A stretch of DNA of 64,000 nt from Haliotis rubra. Lineage: Eukaryota. A program made the position numbers and the translations under genes. Shown in pieces: positions 11,901 to 23,947 of this stretch. The stretch spans positions 682,001 through 746,000 of the forward strand of contig NW_025767078.1 in assembly GCF_003918875.1 (NCBI RefSeq). Reading direction: 5' to 3'. The notes under the pieces are model-generated. The model worked only from the letters and a program-made list of their open reading frames with translations, did not search any database and had not been told where the DNA came from. The first letter of the stretch is position 1, and each line of letters opens with the position of its first letter.

Positions 11901-14659
11901 TGTATTACTGAGATGACAACATGCTATTTTCAGAGAAATGGTTTGCAGTCCAATAAAGTTTCATTGTATTGCGATGTATATAGTATGACCAGAAACGTGT
12001 GGAATACACAATGCCATTTAGAAAGTGGTCAAATGTAACACATGTAATATTTTGGATTACACTTTATCAGTGTGCTGGTGAGTAGGTGCCTGACTCTGAT
12101 GGTGTGGGTTCGAATTCTGAAATGAACTCAACCCAATAGAAAATACTAGAATCTGTACTTTACTGAGAAAGTGGAATCCCAAGTATACCATATGTTAGAA
12201 ACATGTGGTTCTACTGGAAATCCTGACGTTTTCTGTGGTTATTTCTTGAGTGTAGCCTAGCTGAGGTGGTCCTGTATGTTGCAGATTATGAGTGAGCTGA
12301 TGGCCAATGGAGTACAGATCTACCAGTTCCCCACTGATGACGAGACAGTAGCTGAGAACAATGCTTCTATGAATGTAAGGATTGAAATAATATAATAAAC
12401 TTAGTGGGTAAAGGTATATTGTATATTTTAAATATTGGATACACTTCAATTGATCTAATCATGAGAATAATCAATCACGATACTGCATTCTGTTTTTTGA
12501 CCTTGGAGTGAGTAAGCACAGAGTTGTCTTTAGATTTACTTAATTAAGATGTATCTAAGTTATTCTATTGGGTGCATCTTCTCCTCTGCAGAGTCACCTC
12601 CCCTTTGCTGTGGTTGGCAGCAATGATGAAGTGAAGATCGGAAACAAGATGGTGAAGGCAAGACAGTATCCTTGGGGGACAGTGCAAGGTAGGTTGCCTA
12701 CTTCATGGAAGCTGGAAAATTCTTTGTTCACATCACAATCTTCATCAGTGAAAGACCAATTCCTAGACTTGATGGCAGTGGAGTAGCCAAGTGATTAAAG
12801 CATTCGCTCGTCATGTCGACAGCCCGGGTTTGATTCCCCACATTTGTACAATGTATGAAGCCCATTTCTGGTGTCCCCCGCTGTGATATTGCTGGAATAT
12901 TGCTAAATGTGGCATAAAAATGAACTCACTCACTCGCCCTAGATTTTATTAAAGTGTTTTATGTATGGGGCTGGATCTGGAACATAGAAAATATGCTGAT
13001 CATTACTGGAGGTTGTTACACAAATTGGATGGTTGTGTCAATATACCACAGATACGCAACTACCAGTATCACGAGTGGAAGGAACTGACTTTGTATTTGA
13101 CATATGTGTCTGTGTGTCGTCGGCGCTAAGTCAGGCTAGGTAAAGTCATGGAGGTGAGGCAGAAGGCTTCTACCACATTTAAAGTTGCATGACTTGGTTG
13201 ATACGATTGTCTGGTCCAGACTGAATTATTTACGGACAACCATCCCTTAAACTGCAGTATTGCAAACGAATGTTTAACATTTTTAAGACTTTCTTTCATC
13301 AGATCACCTCAAACATTACTGGGTTGATGTGCTTTGTTTTATGTAAAGTATTATTTTTTGACGTGTGGAGAGACGATATTTATGTTGTGCTTTGTACCTT
13401 TCAGTTGAAAATGAAAACCACTGCGACTTTGTGAAACTTCGCGAAATGTTGATCAGAACAAATATGGAGGACCTAAGGGAGACAACTCATAAGCGTCATT
13501 TCGAGCTGTACCGCAGACATAAACTGGAAGACATGGGATTTTCAGACAGTGACGCAAAGAGGTGAGAAAATTAAACATTTGTTTTACACTCCACGAAAAG
13601 AATGAAACGTTTGTAACTAGTTGTAAACTTTCGAGAGATACATAAGGATCCGTCTGATATTCTGTATTCATATATTTGGTGATGCTGCCCCAGTCAGCCT
13701 GATGTGTTGTTCGCCGAGATACTGACATGGTGTTTGTCCCCAGTCTGTCGGAGACATATGAGCTGAAGCGCCAGCAACATATCAGCGACCTGCAGAAGAA
13801 GGAGGAGGAGATGAGGCAGACGTTTGTCATCCGAGTCAAGGAGAAGGAGGCTGAGCTCAAGGAGGCAGAGAAGGAGGTAAGCGGAGGGTGTAGCCAGCAC
13901 CAGTCCTGTGGAATGAGATAGAAATGAGACATTTGTCTGTACCTTGGAAAATATGTTCCGGACATTTGCAATAAAAATCGGTCAAATTTTCAAGTTGAAC
14001 ACTATATTAATTATAACAATGATACTGTTATGTGAAACTGATAAAACAATTCCCCATATGCACCCTTAGAAAAGTGTGAATTCTGCTCATAGTGCTAGAG
14101 ACATCATTAAATGTTGCCTGAGAACTACTGGCAAACAAGGATAAGTTGAGCACCGACCTGACAGTTGACCCGTATTAGCATGTATGAGTGCCGCCCACTG
14201 GCGCTTACCATTGTGTGTGAAATGGGCCCCAGGTTTTCTGCGATCAAGTGTAGTGCTACACTGACCACCTGAGAGTCTTATGAGCAAGGCGTGTGCAGCT
14301 ACGCGCAGAATCAATTTCATCATCATGCACTGCACGTTCACTAGCCTACATCTGCTCTACCTTTCACAACCAAATGGGTTTGCTCATTGCCGTGCCCCGC
14401 TACTTCTCGTAAACGCGTTCTCTGCACCTGTCCAACTTATCCTTGTTTGCCAGTAAGTGGTGTCCAGTCATTGACTACAGTAAACATCATGTCCTTTCAG
14501 CTCCATGCTCGCTTTGACTCATTGAAGAAGCAGCACGCAGATGAAAAGAAGAAACTAGAGGATCGCAAGAAACAGTTAGACGATGAGATGAATGTTCTCC
14601 AACAGAAGAAGGCTCAATACCAAGCAAACCAATCCACCATGGGCAAGAAGAAGAAGTAA
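2835..14659 (+). CDS. Septin, SEPT6/8/10/11 group (Drosophila Sep2-like); spliced CDS join(2835-2964,4101-4214,[5600-5681 or 5730-5811],10096-10236,11609-11726,12285-12374,12592-12688,13405-13561,13744-13876,14501-14659), 406 aa from the ATG at 2835
   Basis: All introns are GT-AG, phases are consistent and the frame stays open (1221 nt). Motifs: [17 protein letters not shown]1 [10 protein letters not shown]3 DSVG(Y/F)GD, G4 AKAD, septin unique element [24 protein letters not shown]-terminal coiled coil. Confidence 0.96.
3200..3445 (+). mobile_element. SINE-like family B (~245 bp, no tRNA head)
   Basis: TSD ttatctctaca; (ctca)n tail. Other copies ~4224-4348+, 9629-9872+, 25178-25430+, 26305-26543-, 28317-28562+, 30880-31093-, 52190-52425-, 58338-58542-, 60441-60650+. 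Confidence 0.85.
3608..3790 (+). mobile_element. tRNA-like SINE family D (widely spaced A and B boxes)
   Basis: tggctgagcgg...ggttcgaatccc; related copies ~12012-12195, 23035-23165 (-), 60335-60712 (-). Confidence 0.7.
4101..4214 (+). CDS. Septin exon, P-loop G1 (GETGIGKST)
   Basis: ctttctag| acceptor, G|gtaatg donor, phase 1-1. Confidence 0.95.
4224..4348 (+). mobile_element. 5'-truncated family B element
   Basis: 3' half of family B, 16-bp TSD with one mismatch. Confidence 0.85.
5600..5681 (+). CDS. Septin G3 exon, variant A ([28 protein letters not shown])
   Basis: cttgcag| acceptor, AG|gtacgc donor, 82 nt, phase 1-2. Confidence 0.9.
5730..5811 (+). CDS. Septin G3 exon, variant B ([28 protein letters not shown]); putative mutually exclusive with variant A
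   Basis: tatttcag| acceptor, AG|gtgaga donor, 82 nt, same phases as variant A, 21/28 aa identical. Confidence 0.88.
6213..6700. mobile_element. Same Mutator-like MITE family, copy 2
   Basis: Homologous to 658-1172; TSD caatacacc at 6204-6212 and 6701-6709. Confidence 0.85.
7199..7690. mobile_element. Non-autonomous TIR element, unclassified
   Basis: Termini cagagtcccagataag / cttatctggagctctg; flanking direct repeat gaggat. Confidence 0.65.
9629..9872 (+). mobile_element. Family B element, full length
   Basis: TSD tctgcaattctg at 9617-9628 and 9873-9884. Confidence 0.85.
10096..10236 (+). CDS. Septin exon (WKSIVDYID...[11 protein letters not shown])
   Basis: tttccag| acceptor, |gtgagt donor, phase 2-2; not in the ORF track but clearly septin. 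Confidence 0.95.
10320..11390. repeat. 30-bp minisatellite (gggcagtattctgggagcagctttcctagt)n, ~35 units, in a septin intron
   Basis: Direct tandem periodicity, degenerate at both edges. Confidence 0.95.
11391..11556 (+). mobile_element. SINE family A
   Basis: A/B boxes and (ctca)n tail. Confidence 0.85.
11609..11726 (+). CDS. Septin exon with G4 ([27 protein letters not shown])
   Basis: cccttcag| acceptor, AAG|gtaaga donor. Confidence 0.95.
12285..12374 (+). CDS. Septin exon ([20 protein letters not shown]...)
   Basis: ttgcag| acceptor, |gtaagg donor, 90 nt. Confidence 0.95.
12592..12688 (+). CDS. Septin exon ([10 protein letters not shown]...[10 protein letters not shown])
   Basis: ctctgcag| acceptor, G|gtaggt donor. 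Confidence 0.95.
13405..13561 (+). CDS. Septin exon ([24 protein letters not shown]...)
   Basis: ctttcag| acceptor, AG|gtgaga donor. Confidence 0.95.
13744..13876 (+). CDS. Septin exon, coiled coil (LSETYE...KEAEKE)
   Basis: ccccag| acceptor, GAG|gtaagc donor. Confidence 0.95.
14128..14453. mobile_element. Tc1/mariner-type MITE
   Basis: TIR ctggcaaacaaggataagttg, TA on both flanks. Confidence 0.8.
14501..14659 (+). CDS. Septin last coding exon ([10 protein letters not shown]...MGKKKK*)
   Basis: ctttcag| acceptor, coiled coil, TAA at 14657-14659. Confidence 0.92.
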   Translation, partial: LHARFDSLKKQHADEKKKLEDRKKQLDDEMNVLQQKKAQYQANQSTMGKKKK

Positions 14660-17395
14660 GGGAGATAACTCTCATCTCCACCTGTAGAGGGAGCAGTTGG
14701 GAGGGGTTCAAGTCAAGCAGACGGGCAGTCTGATATTGAAGGTTGAAGATCTGTAGATCTCTACACTGATGATTCAACGAACAGACATTCTTTCCTGATA
14801 GGGAACGATCTGTCTATGAATATTCAGTTAGCATGGACAATTAATACAGATTATCTTAATTTTGCTGAAGTTTCTTTCATTTCATTTCATATGATCCTCC
14901 AATCAAATCTATTTTTTAATGATTTTTTTAAAGATTTCAATTTTTCTTGAAACTCAGGATTTAATTTTTCTCAGTTTACTAATCTATCATTTGAATCAGT
15001 GCATGCAACATTCTACATAAACAGGAACACTTACATATAAGTGTAGAGGCACTGCCCAATTTTCGTTTTCGGTGCTACAGAATGTGTGGGCTAATTGTAC
15101 ACGTGTTTGTTTGTCCTTACGTCTTCAGACTGACAGATCATGCAAGACAATATTGCACGGAACCCATATCAAATGGCCTCAATGAGCACTACCAGTGTGT
15201 CTATGCATACATTCAGATATGCTTTGACTTGAATTCCTGCTCAGATTTTTTTACGACCAAGTCAGGCCATACAAACTACATAGTCATGAATTTACTTATT
15301 AGGTTTTGTATGCATGTTTGTAACAATTCCTTTGTTGGAGCTACGTCAATCATTTGTAATCCATTTATAATCTTGCCACCGGTAAATGGCTTGTATCTAA
15401 GTGCATTTTAATCTTCCAGTTGTGCTTAATGTTTTCTTGACATTACCATGTAACTTATCTTTCAAACCCGGAGACTGCATTTGCTGTTATTTTTACTATC
15501 ACAATCAGGCATCAATCATGCTTTGGGTTTAGTTGTATTTTGAACAGTAGTATTATTATTTTTATAAGTTATTTTTCACATTACATACTAGGCAACAGAG
15601 TGATTCTGTCATGGCAACTCTTCACGCAGCCATTACTGTCCCTGTAAATTGTATCTGTATTACCATGGTAACCATATGTCATCGTCTCCTCAGGGCATCA
15701 TTGTTGTCATGGTTACAATAAACATCATCCAACAAGTGCAATATTGCAATATATCTTGAATATTTAGCTATGAAATGCTCATACAATGTAGGTATGACAT
15801 ACTATCTGCTACTACTAAATATATTGGACATGTTGCTTGTTCCAATAAAGTACACCTTAAAATCAGGTCGGACAATTTTTGAGAGCATATCAGCAGATTC
15901 CTGAAATTGTGAAAATTGGCTTGGTCCTACCCTTGAGTATTTTCATTAATCCATGTGGTATGAAAATCACCACCACATCTTTGACAAGTTTACCACCTCT
16001 TGTCATTGTTTAAGAAATAATTATCATAATTTTGCTTTGAAACCCTTCTAATAACTCTAATGTGACAACCACCAGCGTGTTTTGGGGAATGTAAAATAAT
16101 GATAGTGCTTGTGATAGTTTATAATGCTTCAGCTGGAGGTATAAACGATTCATTGTTTAGCTATGACCTGATACTGTACGTTAGAACAGAGTGATTAAGG
16201 ATAAGAGGTATAACCTTTATTGTCTAACAGTGATATATGCTACTAGTCCAGTAGACACCAGACATGACCGGCAAACAGTCTCGGCCTTGTAGACTTGTAA
16301 TCATGTCAGTCTCATTTGAATTAGATCAAAGATGGATACCCTAATTCAGGACAAGTCAAATTGTTTTGTTTTATTGTGAGATAAGTAATATGCTTTACTG
16401 TTAACCTTTCCTAATGTATCTTTCTCTATTTTAGTGTAATTAAATTAAAATAATTAGTTTAATAATCATTTAAGCTGTAAATGATAATTTACATTATAAG
16501 TGTTTGTAAATAGAATGTGTCAGCTCTTCACATAGAATAACACAAGCTCTTTGCTTCATCAGAGCTTAATAACACTATGAAGTTCAATTTCAGTTATGCA
16601 ATGAATAGTAATATTAATGTATTCTATCAGATATTTAATAATTTGTTTGCCTACTAGAATGTAAATTAATTTCTGTATTTATGCACCAAACGTAATGTAA
16701 TGCATGTGCCTCATTTATCCCTGTGTTTGTGTTTTGTACCTATGTTATATCGGACCAACACTATCTAGATGTGTGGGAACAGCTGGGTTCTGTTCTGTAG
16801 GCTATATCCTGTTCTGTTGGGCCAACTGTGGAAGCCAGCAAAGTACAACTGGAATTTCAAACAAAACCTAATTGTCTTACAGTTACATGTAAGAAATGTA
16901 ATTACAGATTTTCATATATTATAAAATACATAAAAGTAAATAATATGAATCAGTTTGATTAGTGGAAGAAGTCAGTGGGTTTGGTTGGGGTTTGTTTTCA
17001 TTTTAGTTTGACCAAACCTAGGTTTTAGTTTAAGATCAGGGCTTCCCCAACTTGTAATTTGGCAAGTTTAGAAATGAAAGATGTTAGTGCCCGTTACGTT
17101 CTGTAATTGTTCTATTATTTTGCTATGATACAACCGTCAGACAACTGACGTTTTCAGTGGAATATGCAATAGTGTGTTTGAATCTCAACTTAAAATCTAA
17201 ACTACCTATATCACCTGTATAACTGTTATGGTCACATAAGTGTTAGAATCATGTGGAGAAATGCCAGATAATTACTTGATAACGTGATGGTAATTTTTCA
17301 AATTGGTTGCAAACAAATAGTTTTTCCCACATAGTTGCAGTATCTGAATAGAATCATTTCAATTCACTTTATGATGACACAGCATGCATTTTATA

Positions 17396-17401
17396 AATAA
17401 A
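17396..17401 (+). promoter_or_regulatory. Candidate polyadenylation signal of a long septin 3' UTR (alternatives at 15717 and 15844)
   Basis: AATAAA followed by T/GT-rich sequence; 14660-17400 is AT-rich and has no recognisable SINE. Confidence 0.4.
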
Positions 17402-18508
17402 CTTTTTTACTTATGTGCCAGTGATGTGTTTGAGTCCTTATTGAAGAAGACGTCTCATGAATTCTGCCTCCGCAACCAAAGCCTGGGCTCTACTGGGAGG
17501 GATGCTAATATTGCTATTGTAATCCATGTATTAGCAAATCAGCTGTTCCAGGGACTGTCGTTGAACGCAGTTACTGCATTGTAGCTGTACTTAATAAGCT
17601 TGTCCCAGCATGAACCATCTCAAACAGTTGGTGAAAAAGTCGGTAAATGAGATCTTGCCTGGTATAGGATACTTGTCTGGAGGAAGGTCGGAGGACGTCT
17701 ACTTCTGTACATTGGTGTGTCAGGTGAACTGTCTAAATGGCCAATCAATGTTGATGCTTATAGATTCCCGGTATGGTGCATTCGGATAAGTATATATCAT
17801 TTCTGGATATTGAAAATGAATGGCGTTACAAATGCAGAAACATGAATTCACGCTTTATTATTGTGGATGTGCCCTTTGTTAGCAGGTGTAATGGCCATTT
17901 CGTTCAGGGTTCATCAGAAGCCACATGAGAAAGTGCAGTCAGGTCTCTATTTAGAGAGGTAGAGGGCAACCATATGACAAAGATCTGATTCAGATGAGAT
18001 TGGAATCCAACCATCCAGAAAAATGACATGCATACTGTCGATTGAGTGAATACTACCTACTGATACACATTTATACATGTAAATGGGGAGGGACAGGAAG
18101 AAGGGGAGGGTAGCTTTTGTATTTGGTCTTTGCAAGAGGGTCATGTAAAACATTTACTAGTACGACATTTACTTTGATTTTAACTTATATTAGGAAAGGA
18201 TTGAGCACAATATTTCACAACTTTGGAAGCCCTCTCCCGAAAAGAAAAACATTAAATGATTAGCATTATATACTATTATAACTAAAACATATACAAAGAT
18301 TAGAGGATAAGTAGGATAACATCACAAGTGAGGTGTGTTCAAATATGACGACATAGGGGTTGGGAGATGAGGTGTAGGGTGTATGTCATTGTAAGAGCAT
18401 CGACCAGACCTATCGTCATGGAAGACGAGCCCTAAGTCTTGAGCTGATGGAGATCTTTGCCCAGTGCCCCTATTAGACAATAACAATAAAGTTTGAGAAA
18501 AAACAACA

Positions 18509-18640
18509 TATACTGGACAAAATAAGTTAGGGATATTGGTATTGTTAAGGTTGATATTTTATCAATGTGTCAATGAATAAATAGATCACTATTCACAATT
18601 TCAAAATTTACGTATATCCCTAACTATTTTGTCCAGTATA
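18509..18640. mobile_element. Short Tc1/mariner-type MITE
   Basis: tatactggacaaaataagttagggata ... tatccctaactattttgtccagtata. Confidence 0.75.
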
Positions 18641-18987
18641 TCTAAAAGCTTCTCTCGAATCTTGCAAAAATACAAATGGAATCTGTGCAATGACCCAATA
18701 CTAGTAATTTCTGAATTTTCAGCTTATGCCAGAGCACACACGAACAGTATCATGTAACAATAATACAATGCAAAGGCCAGTGAACTCGAAAGGGTTGACA
18801 CATATTGCATCAATGGTAGAGGCTGCCTCCCACTTATCAGACGCCCCAGGTGTAAGGCAGCTTATACCAGGATTATTTAACGTTGTTTAGTCAAGGAATA
18901 TTTTCCTGTTTACCTGTCATGAAAGTGGAGCAGACCAGAAAACGCACATTTGAAGGAAATTACTGGATAGATCTATTGTGCACTTTT

Positions 18988-19153
18988 GGGGCGGTGGGGT
19001 AGCCTAGTGGTTAAAGCGTTGGCTCGTCACGCCGAAGACCCGGGTTCGAATCCCCACATGGGTACATTGTGTGAAGTCCATTTCTGGTGTCCCCCGCCGT
19101 GATGTTGCTGGAATGTTGCTAAAAGCGGCGTAAAACCAAACTCAGTCAGTCAG
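18988..19153 (+). mobile_element. tRNA-derived SINE family A (~165 bp), representative full-length copy
   Basis: A box tagcctagtgg, B box ggttcgaatcc, 14-bp TSD tattgtgcactttt. About 23 copies or fragments in the window, e.g. 3860+, 5329+, 11391+, 12772+, 27921-, 29154+, 32484+, 33021-, 34475-, 35400-, 36135-, 37792-, 40645-, 41455-, 50545+, 51445+, 52611+, 57107+, 59905-, 62518+. Confidence 0.9.
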
Positions 19154-20414
19154 TATTGTGCACTTTTAACCAGGGGGAGACAACTCAATTGCGCCTACTG
19201 TGTAGCATGTACCAACTAACACACTTGACCACTCTAACAGCCCAATGCTCCCTCATAGCCCAACTCCACGTTATTTAGGAAATACAGTTCGCTCTACCAC
19301 CATGTATTATGTAATAAAGTACACTTTTGCCCTGAACTATTATTGTTAAAGTACGAGGACGCTTGGTAGCACATGTCCAAATTTTGGGAGACATCTTTAC
19401 CATGCCTACTACAGTCTGCGTCAAAATGATACCTATGAATCACAATCTAATTCCAAATCTGTTCATGATCAAACATTCATTTCAACGCAGAATGTAATGA
19501 AAACATCAGACTAACTCTGGAAAAGGTTTCATAATGTTTGTCTCCAAAATTAAAAAAGGTACTTAACAAACTATCATCATTTTGTTTTAATTTTCCGTGT
19601 GAAGTTGTAGGAGGGTAAAAGTAGTACTTTATGCGGTTAAAGAAATTCGTAACTAATTTGAAACTGCTGAAATCCAATATGGCCGCCGAACAATTCACAT
19701 TTTGACATGCATCAAAGAACACAAATTGTTAAGCACACCAAGTTACTACATACTGCCAAATTCTAACAAAGGATCTTAAATAATGATGAAGATGTGAATT
19801 TTTGAAAACAAATTTTTGGTGAAAATAAACAACAGAAGCAAACATCAAAATATGAATAACTGATCAAGATATCCAAAAAAAAAGTTATAGATTATCCATG
19901 TTGGAGGTATAGACACAAAGTCTGCAAATTTTCAACGTTCTGCAGCTCATACATTCAGAGCTACAGATTGCGGAAGATGCCAACCCCGCCAAACCCTGTG
20001 ACTTTTGACATATGACTAAGGACAGACATTGTTCAGCAACCACATGCGACATCAGAACCAGCTTCTTCAAGTCCTTCCCCTGGTAAGTATGGTTTGTAAA
20101 AACTAGCGAAGAAGTCTTTTTACAAAGAACTTTGGCCCAGAAGTAACGGGAAATTATACTGTATAAGATTTAGAATTTAGGTTTTTAATGTCAGTTTTTA
20201 CTGTAATGATTAGCTGAACTTTATAGTGATCTTTGTCATAATGTGTATTCTTCTCTGTAGGAAACACCGTTAGTTTTTTCTGGCTGCGAATAACGTCAGT
20301 ATTGCAATAATTCAATTAAACAATATTGAATCACTGGCAAAGTGTTGGCGGTACAACGCCAGTAAGAACATTACAAATACGGTTTCTGCTAGAGTAACGC
20401 TTAGTCTCTGAATA

Positions 20415-20849
20415 TATACTACAAACAAAAAGTATGGGAACACATGATGAGGTCATTTATACTCTAAGGTCAATGCAACTTTTTGTGTGTTTACTTCGCA
20501 CTTTAAACGACATGTTGGAACATGAAGTGAAGCCACTGATTCAATATTCGTTGAGTTTGAGTGAAATGAAACAATGTCAAAAACAGCGGAAAACAGGGGT
20601 GCTGAAACACACCAGCACCATGTTTGATTCAAACGCCCCAACACAACAGCCTAGTGCATGTGGAAGACAGACTTCCCATGCAGCTTGTGGCAACTGGGCA
20701 CTGGCAGTTGTGAATCGGACATGTTCCAACATGTCGTTTATAGTGCCCATTAAACACACAAAAAGTAGCATTAAATGACCTCACCACGTTTAAGTATATA
20801 TATGACTATCAAATTTTGAGGTGTTCCCATACTTTTTGTTTGTAGCATA
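20415..20849. mobile_element. Tc1/mariner-type MITE nested in repeat family E
   Basis: TIR tacaaacaaaaagtatgggaacac; inserted in the TA run of family E. Confidence 0.8.
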
Positions 20850-22219
20850 TAATTTTGATAGTAACAAACAAGCCCATTCAAACTGAAAAGGAGCCCCAGG
20901 GAGACCAGAGATTCAGACCCTGAACCCGAGGAAATCTAGACTTGCTTTATTTAGGGTTTTAGCATTGCGGAGAGGGTTTGGCAGTAGGGAAAATAATGTG
21001 GTTCAGGGACTGTGAGTCAGACTAGGTTTCTGCTTGCTGGTCGTATTTACATATTTATTGAATCGTAAAACAACGCTACTCACATGGTAATATAAGAACT
21101 GCCACAGGTGAAACTAAATAGTACCTGTGTAATCAGGGAAATAATATATTTGAATAGAGTCTATTGCCCGGTATGTTTTATATCTAACAAAATGAACTTG
21201 TCACATAAAACATCGGGCGAAATCTCCAGGTATATTTCATTTATCCAAACTGTGAATTTTTAAATAATTCAATAATCAATTTGTCATTCCTTGTCTAAAC
21301 ATTCCAGAATATGGAATATTTTATGTTAAAACATTAGGAAAAGTACCCCAAATCGTTTTTCATTCTTCATGTGTTTTGAATAATACAAGGAATTCAGCAT
21401 TTTCAGAATTTAGTTTTGAGGAGGGGTCGGGCTAGTTCTCAAAACTTAAGAAATAGGATTTTTATCCCCAAGACAACTTAGGTATTGGCAGTCATCGGAT
21501 CTTTGCATGCAACATATCAAGTTACAATCAAGTTGTTTTTGCACGAAAAGATATATTGTTGTTTTATGCCGCAGTGAGCATCATTTCAGCAATCCTGTTG
21601 CAAATAGGTTGAGAGTTTACACAGCGTTGTCGCTGATCAGAATGGCACTCAATCCTAGTTTTGAAGAGGTTATAAACGTGTGTAGCAAGCTGTTATTGCT
21701 TCATTGTATCTTTATGTTCATTATATTTTAGCTGTAAAGTAGGTCACGTGTTCTACTTTCATGCAATAACGGCAGGTGACACCGTGATATTTGTTTTGTT
21801 TGTTATCCGTTAAGCATGCTCTAGCAATACTCCAGCTGTATGGTGGCGGTTTGTAAATAAGTGCGTCTAGACCAAACAATGCAGTTACCAAATAAAATAT
21901 TGCTTCCATTCAGTAGGCTATTTGTTAGGTTTCATTATATACTCTACTAAATCAGTGGAAATATCTGACGGAGTTCAGCTGATATTCCTACAAAATGAAC
22001 ATCAAATATGAATTTCACATGTATGCATGCATCAGGAGTGATTTTTTGCAGGTAGAAAAAAGGACGGCTACAAAGTGGAGGAAACGCAATTTAAGCGCAA
22101 CCATGCAATAGCGTGGCGCCCAAACGCACCAACATGGAATGAAAGCGCAACCTGAATTGTTGGCAAAAATCCCGATGAGTTTTGATTTGTATATCGTGGC
22201 AACTGTACATCAAGTTTGT

Positions 22220-22500
22220 GAGAACACCACTACCAGAAAAAAGAACGCAACACCATCGGCCGACTGCAGACAGGCGACTCGACGTCGGCGGAAGCCAGGT
22301 TGTTCCACGTAAGCACCATTACAAGACTGTGGAACGTATGGGTCAATGCGTGACCTATCTGGTCGACAGCGTGTTACAACAATTTCAAACGGGTTCGTCA
22401 CTTACTTGAAAGATTCACCACGGTCGCATGTACCGCTACAGCAATGCCAAAATTACGTACGATTTCAGCTCAGTCCCCGTTGCACAAAGCTATTGCACAC
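22220..22500 (+). mobile_element. Decayed Tc1 transposase N-terminal (HTH) fragment
   Basis: Frameshifted IGRLQTGDS...ARLFHVS...ITRLW...SGRQRVTT resembles the Tc1 paired-like HTH/GRPR region. Confidence 0.6.
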
Positions 22501-23208
22501 AGCGCAACGACTGTCGTACCTCCTATCCTGTAACTAAGACTTACGACAGTCGTAGCGCTACTGTAGTTCTGTGAAACGGTGCCCAGACAGTTGGGAACAG
22601 CGCCGAGACGACCAGTTCAAGGCGTCATTCGGACTGATCAGCGCGACGTCAGGTGTCAAGGTCACAGGGTATGTCTTTCTTTTCGTGAGTAATGTCCTGA
22701 AAGTTCTGTTCCCATCGATTTCCTTTCATTGTTGGTTGGTTTGTTGTTTTAACGATATTCCTGGTGTATGGCGGCGGTAGGTATGTAATCGAGTGATCAA
22801 CAGCATTTCAGTAACGAAGTAGGAGCTACTATATTGCAAATTCAACCTTGGTTTTTGTTTAAACTGTGTCTGTAAACTATCGTTTCAGAAATTCTTCAAA
22901 ATTAGGAATGCCACCCTACGGACACGGATGTGCCGCTACTGTGTGCGGCACGTGCTGCTGCGTATGATTTGGTGTCACTGTCGTCATCGTTCTTGTATAT
23001 GGTGTTTTTGTCTAATCTAAAACCTACGATACGTTTTATTTGGGATTACACTTTCTTATCAAAGTACAAATTGTAGTACATTTTGGGTTGAGTCCCATGC
23101 GGGATTCGAACCCACACCCTCAGAGTCAGACACCTAAGCGCCAGCACGCAGAGTCAGCCGCCTAAATCTGTTTTTGACGTGTGTTTTTACGATCCCTTAC
23201 GTTTATAA

Positions 23209-23947
23209 AGGTCACATGCAACGTAAAACACAGCTTTGCAGATTCTGATACCTTTCGGTATGGACTTACAGTAACAAATGATCAATAATGCAAATTCAGC
23301 TTATAAAGTTGAAAATAACGCGATGAAAAAACCCCGCGAAATCGGAGTTCAAACGATTCACTAAATTCACCCCAGCTGGGGTGAAAAGTGGTTTCAACAG
23401 CTGTGCTGCACTGCGCTCATGGCGCATGCGCAGTGAAAATGTGTCTGCCAGTCTGTCTGCTAATCTGTCTCTGTCACATTATGTAATTACGCAGACAGGC
23501 AGGTGTGATACTTGTACACATGACATGTTATGATGTCTGTTGATTGCAAAATGTTATACGCAAAAAAATGAGCATGTATTTACAAAACCCAACATCTCTA
23601 TGCACACATACGCCGCCATATAGCTGGAATATTGCTGAGTGCGGCGTAAACCTAACCTTACTCACTCACTATACATATAAAGAGTGTATCGGCAAATGAA
23701 CCAGCCAATGAAAGACTTCGTTACACTTGAGTGCACGCCCACCCGCTCTGACTGGGTTCGGTATCCCGGGTGCTTCGTTTCGAGGGAAGTAAACCCAAGT
23801 ACAAAATATTGCACTATTGATTTGCGATTGACCGCTTATAAATTTGTTTATTTGTTGTTGTTTTTCATAATCAGCAATGTATTATATGTCATGAATAAGT
23901 GATAATTGTGTTTTAATTATGTTTATTATTTTGGTTGCATGTGACCT
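23209..23947. mobile_element. Kolobok-like non-autonomous DNA transposon
   Basis: TIR aggtcacatgcaac; flanks ataa/ttaa (TTAA-type TSD); contains a family B tail fragment. Confidence 0.65.

Noticed and set aside
18988-19070. tRNA genes (Asp-like and other heads with A/B boxes)
   Set aside because: They continue into SINE bodies with microsatellite tails and TSDs, are multi-copy and degenerate, so they are SINE heads
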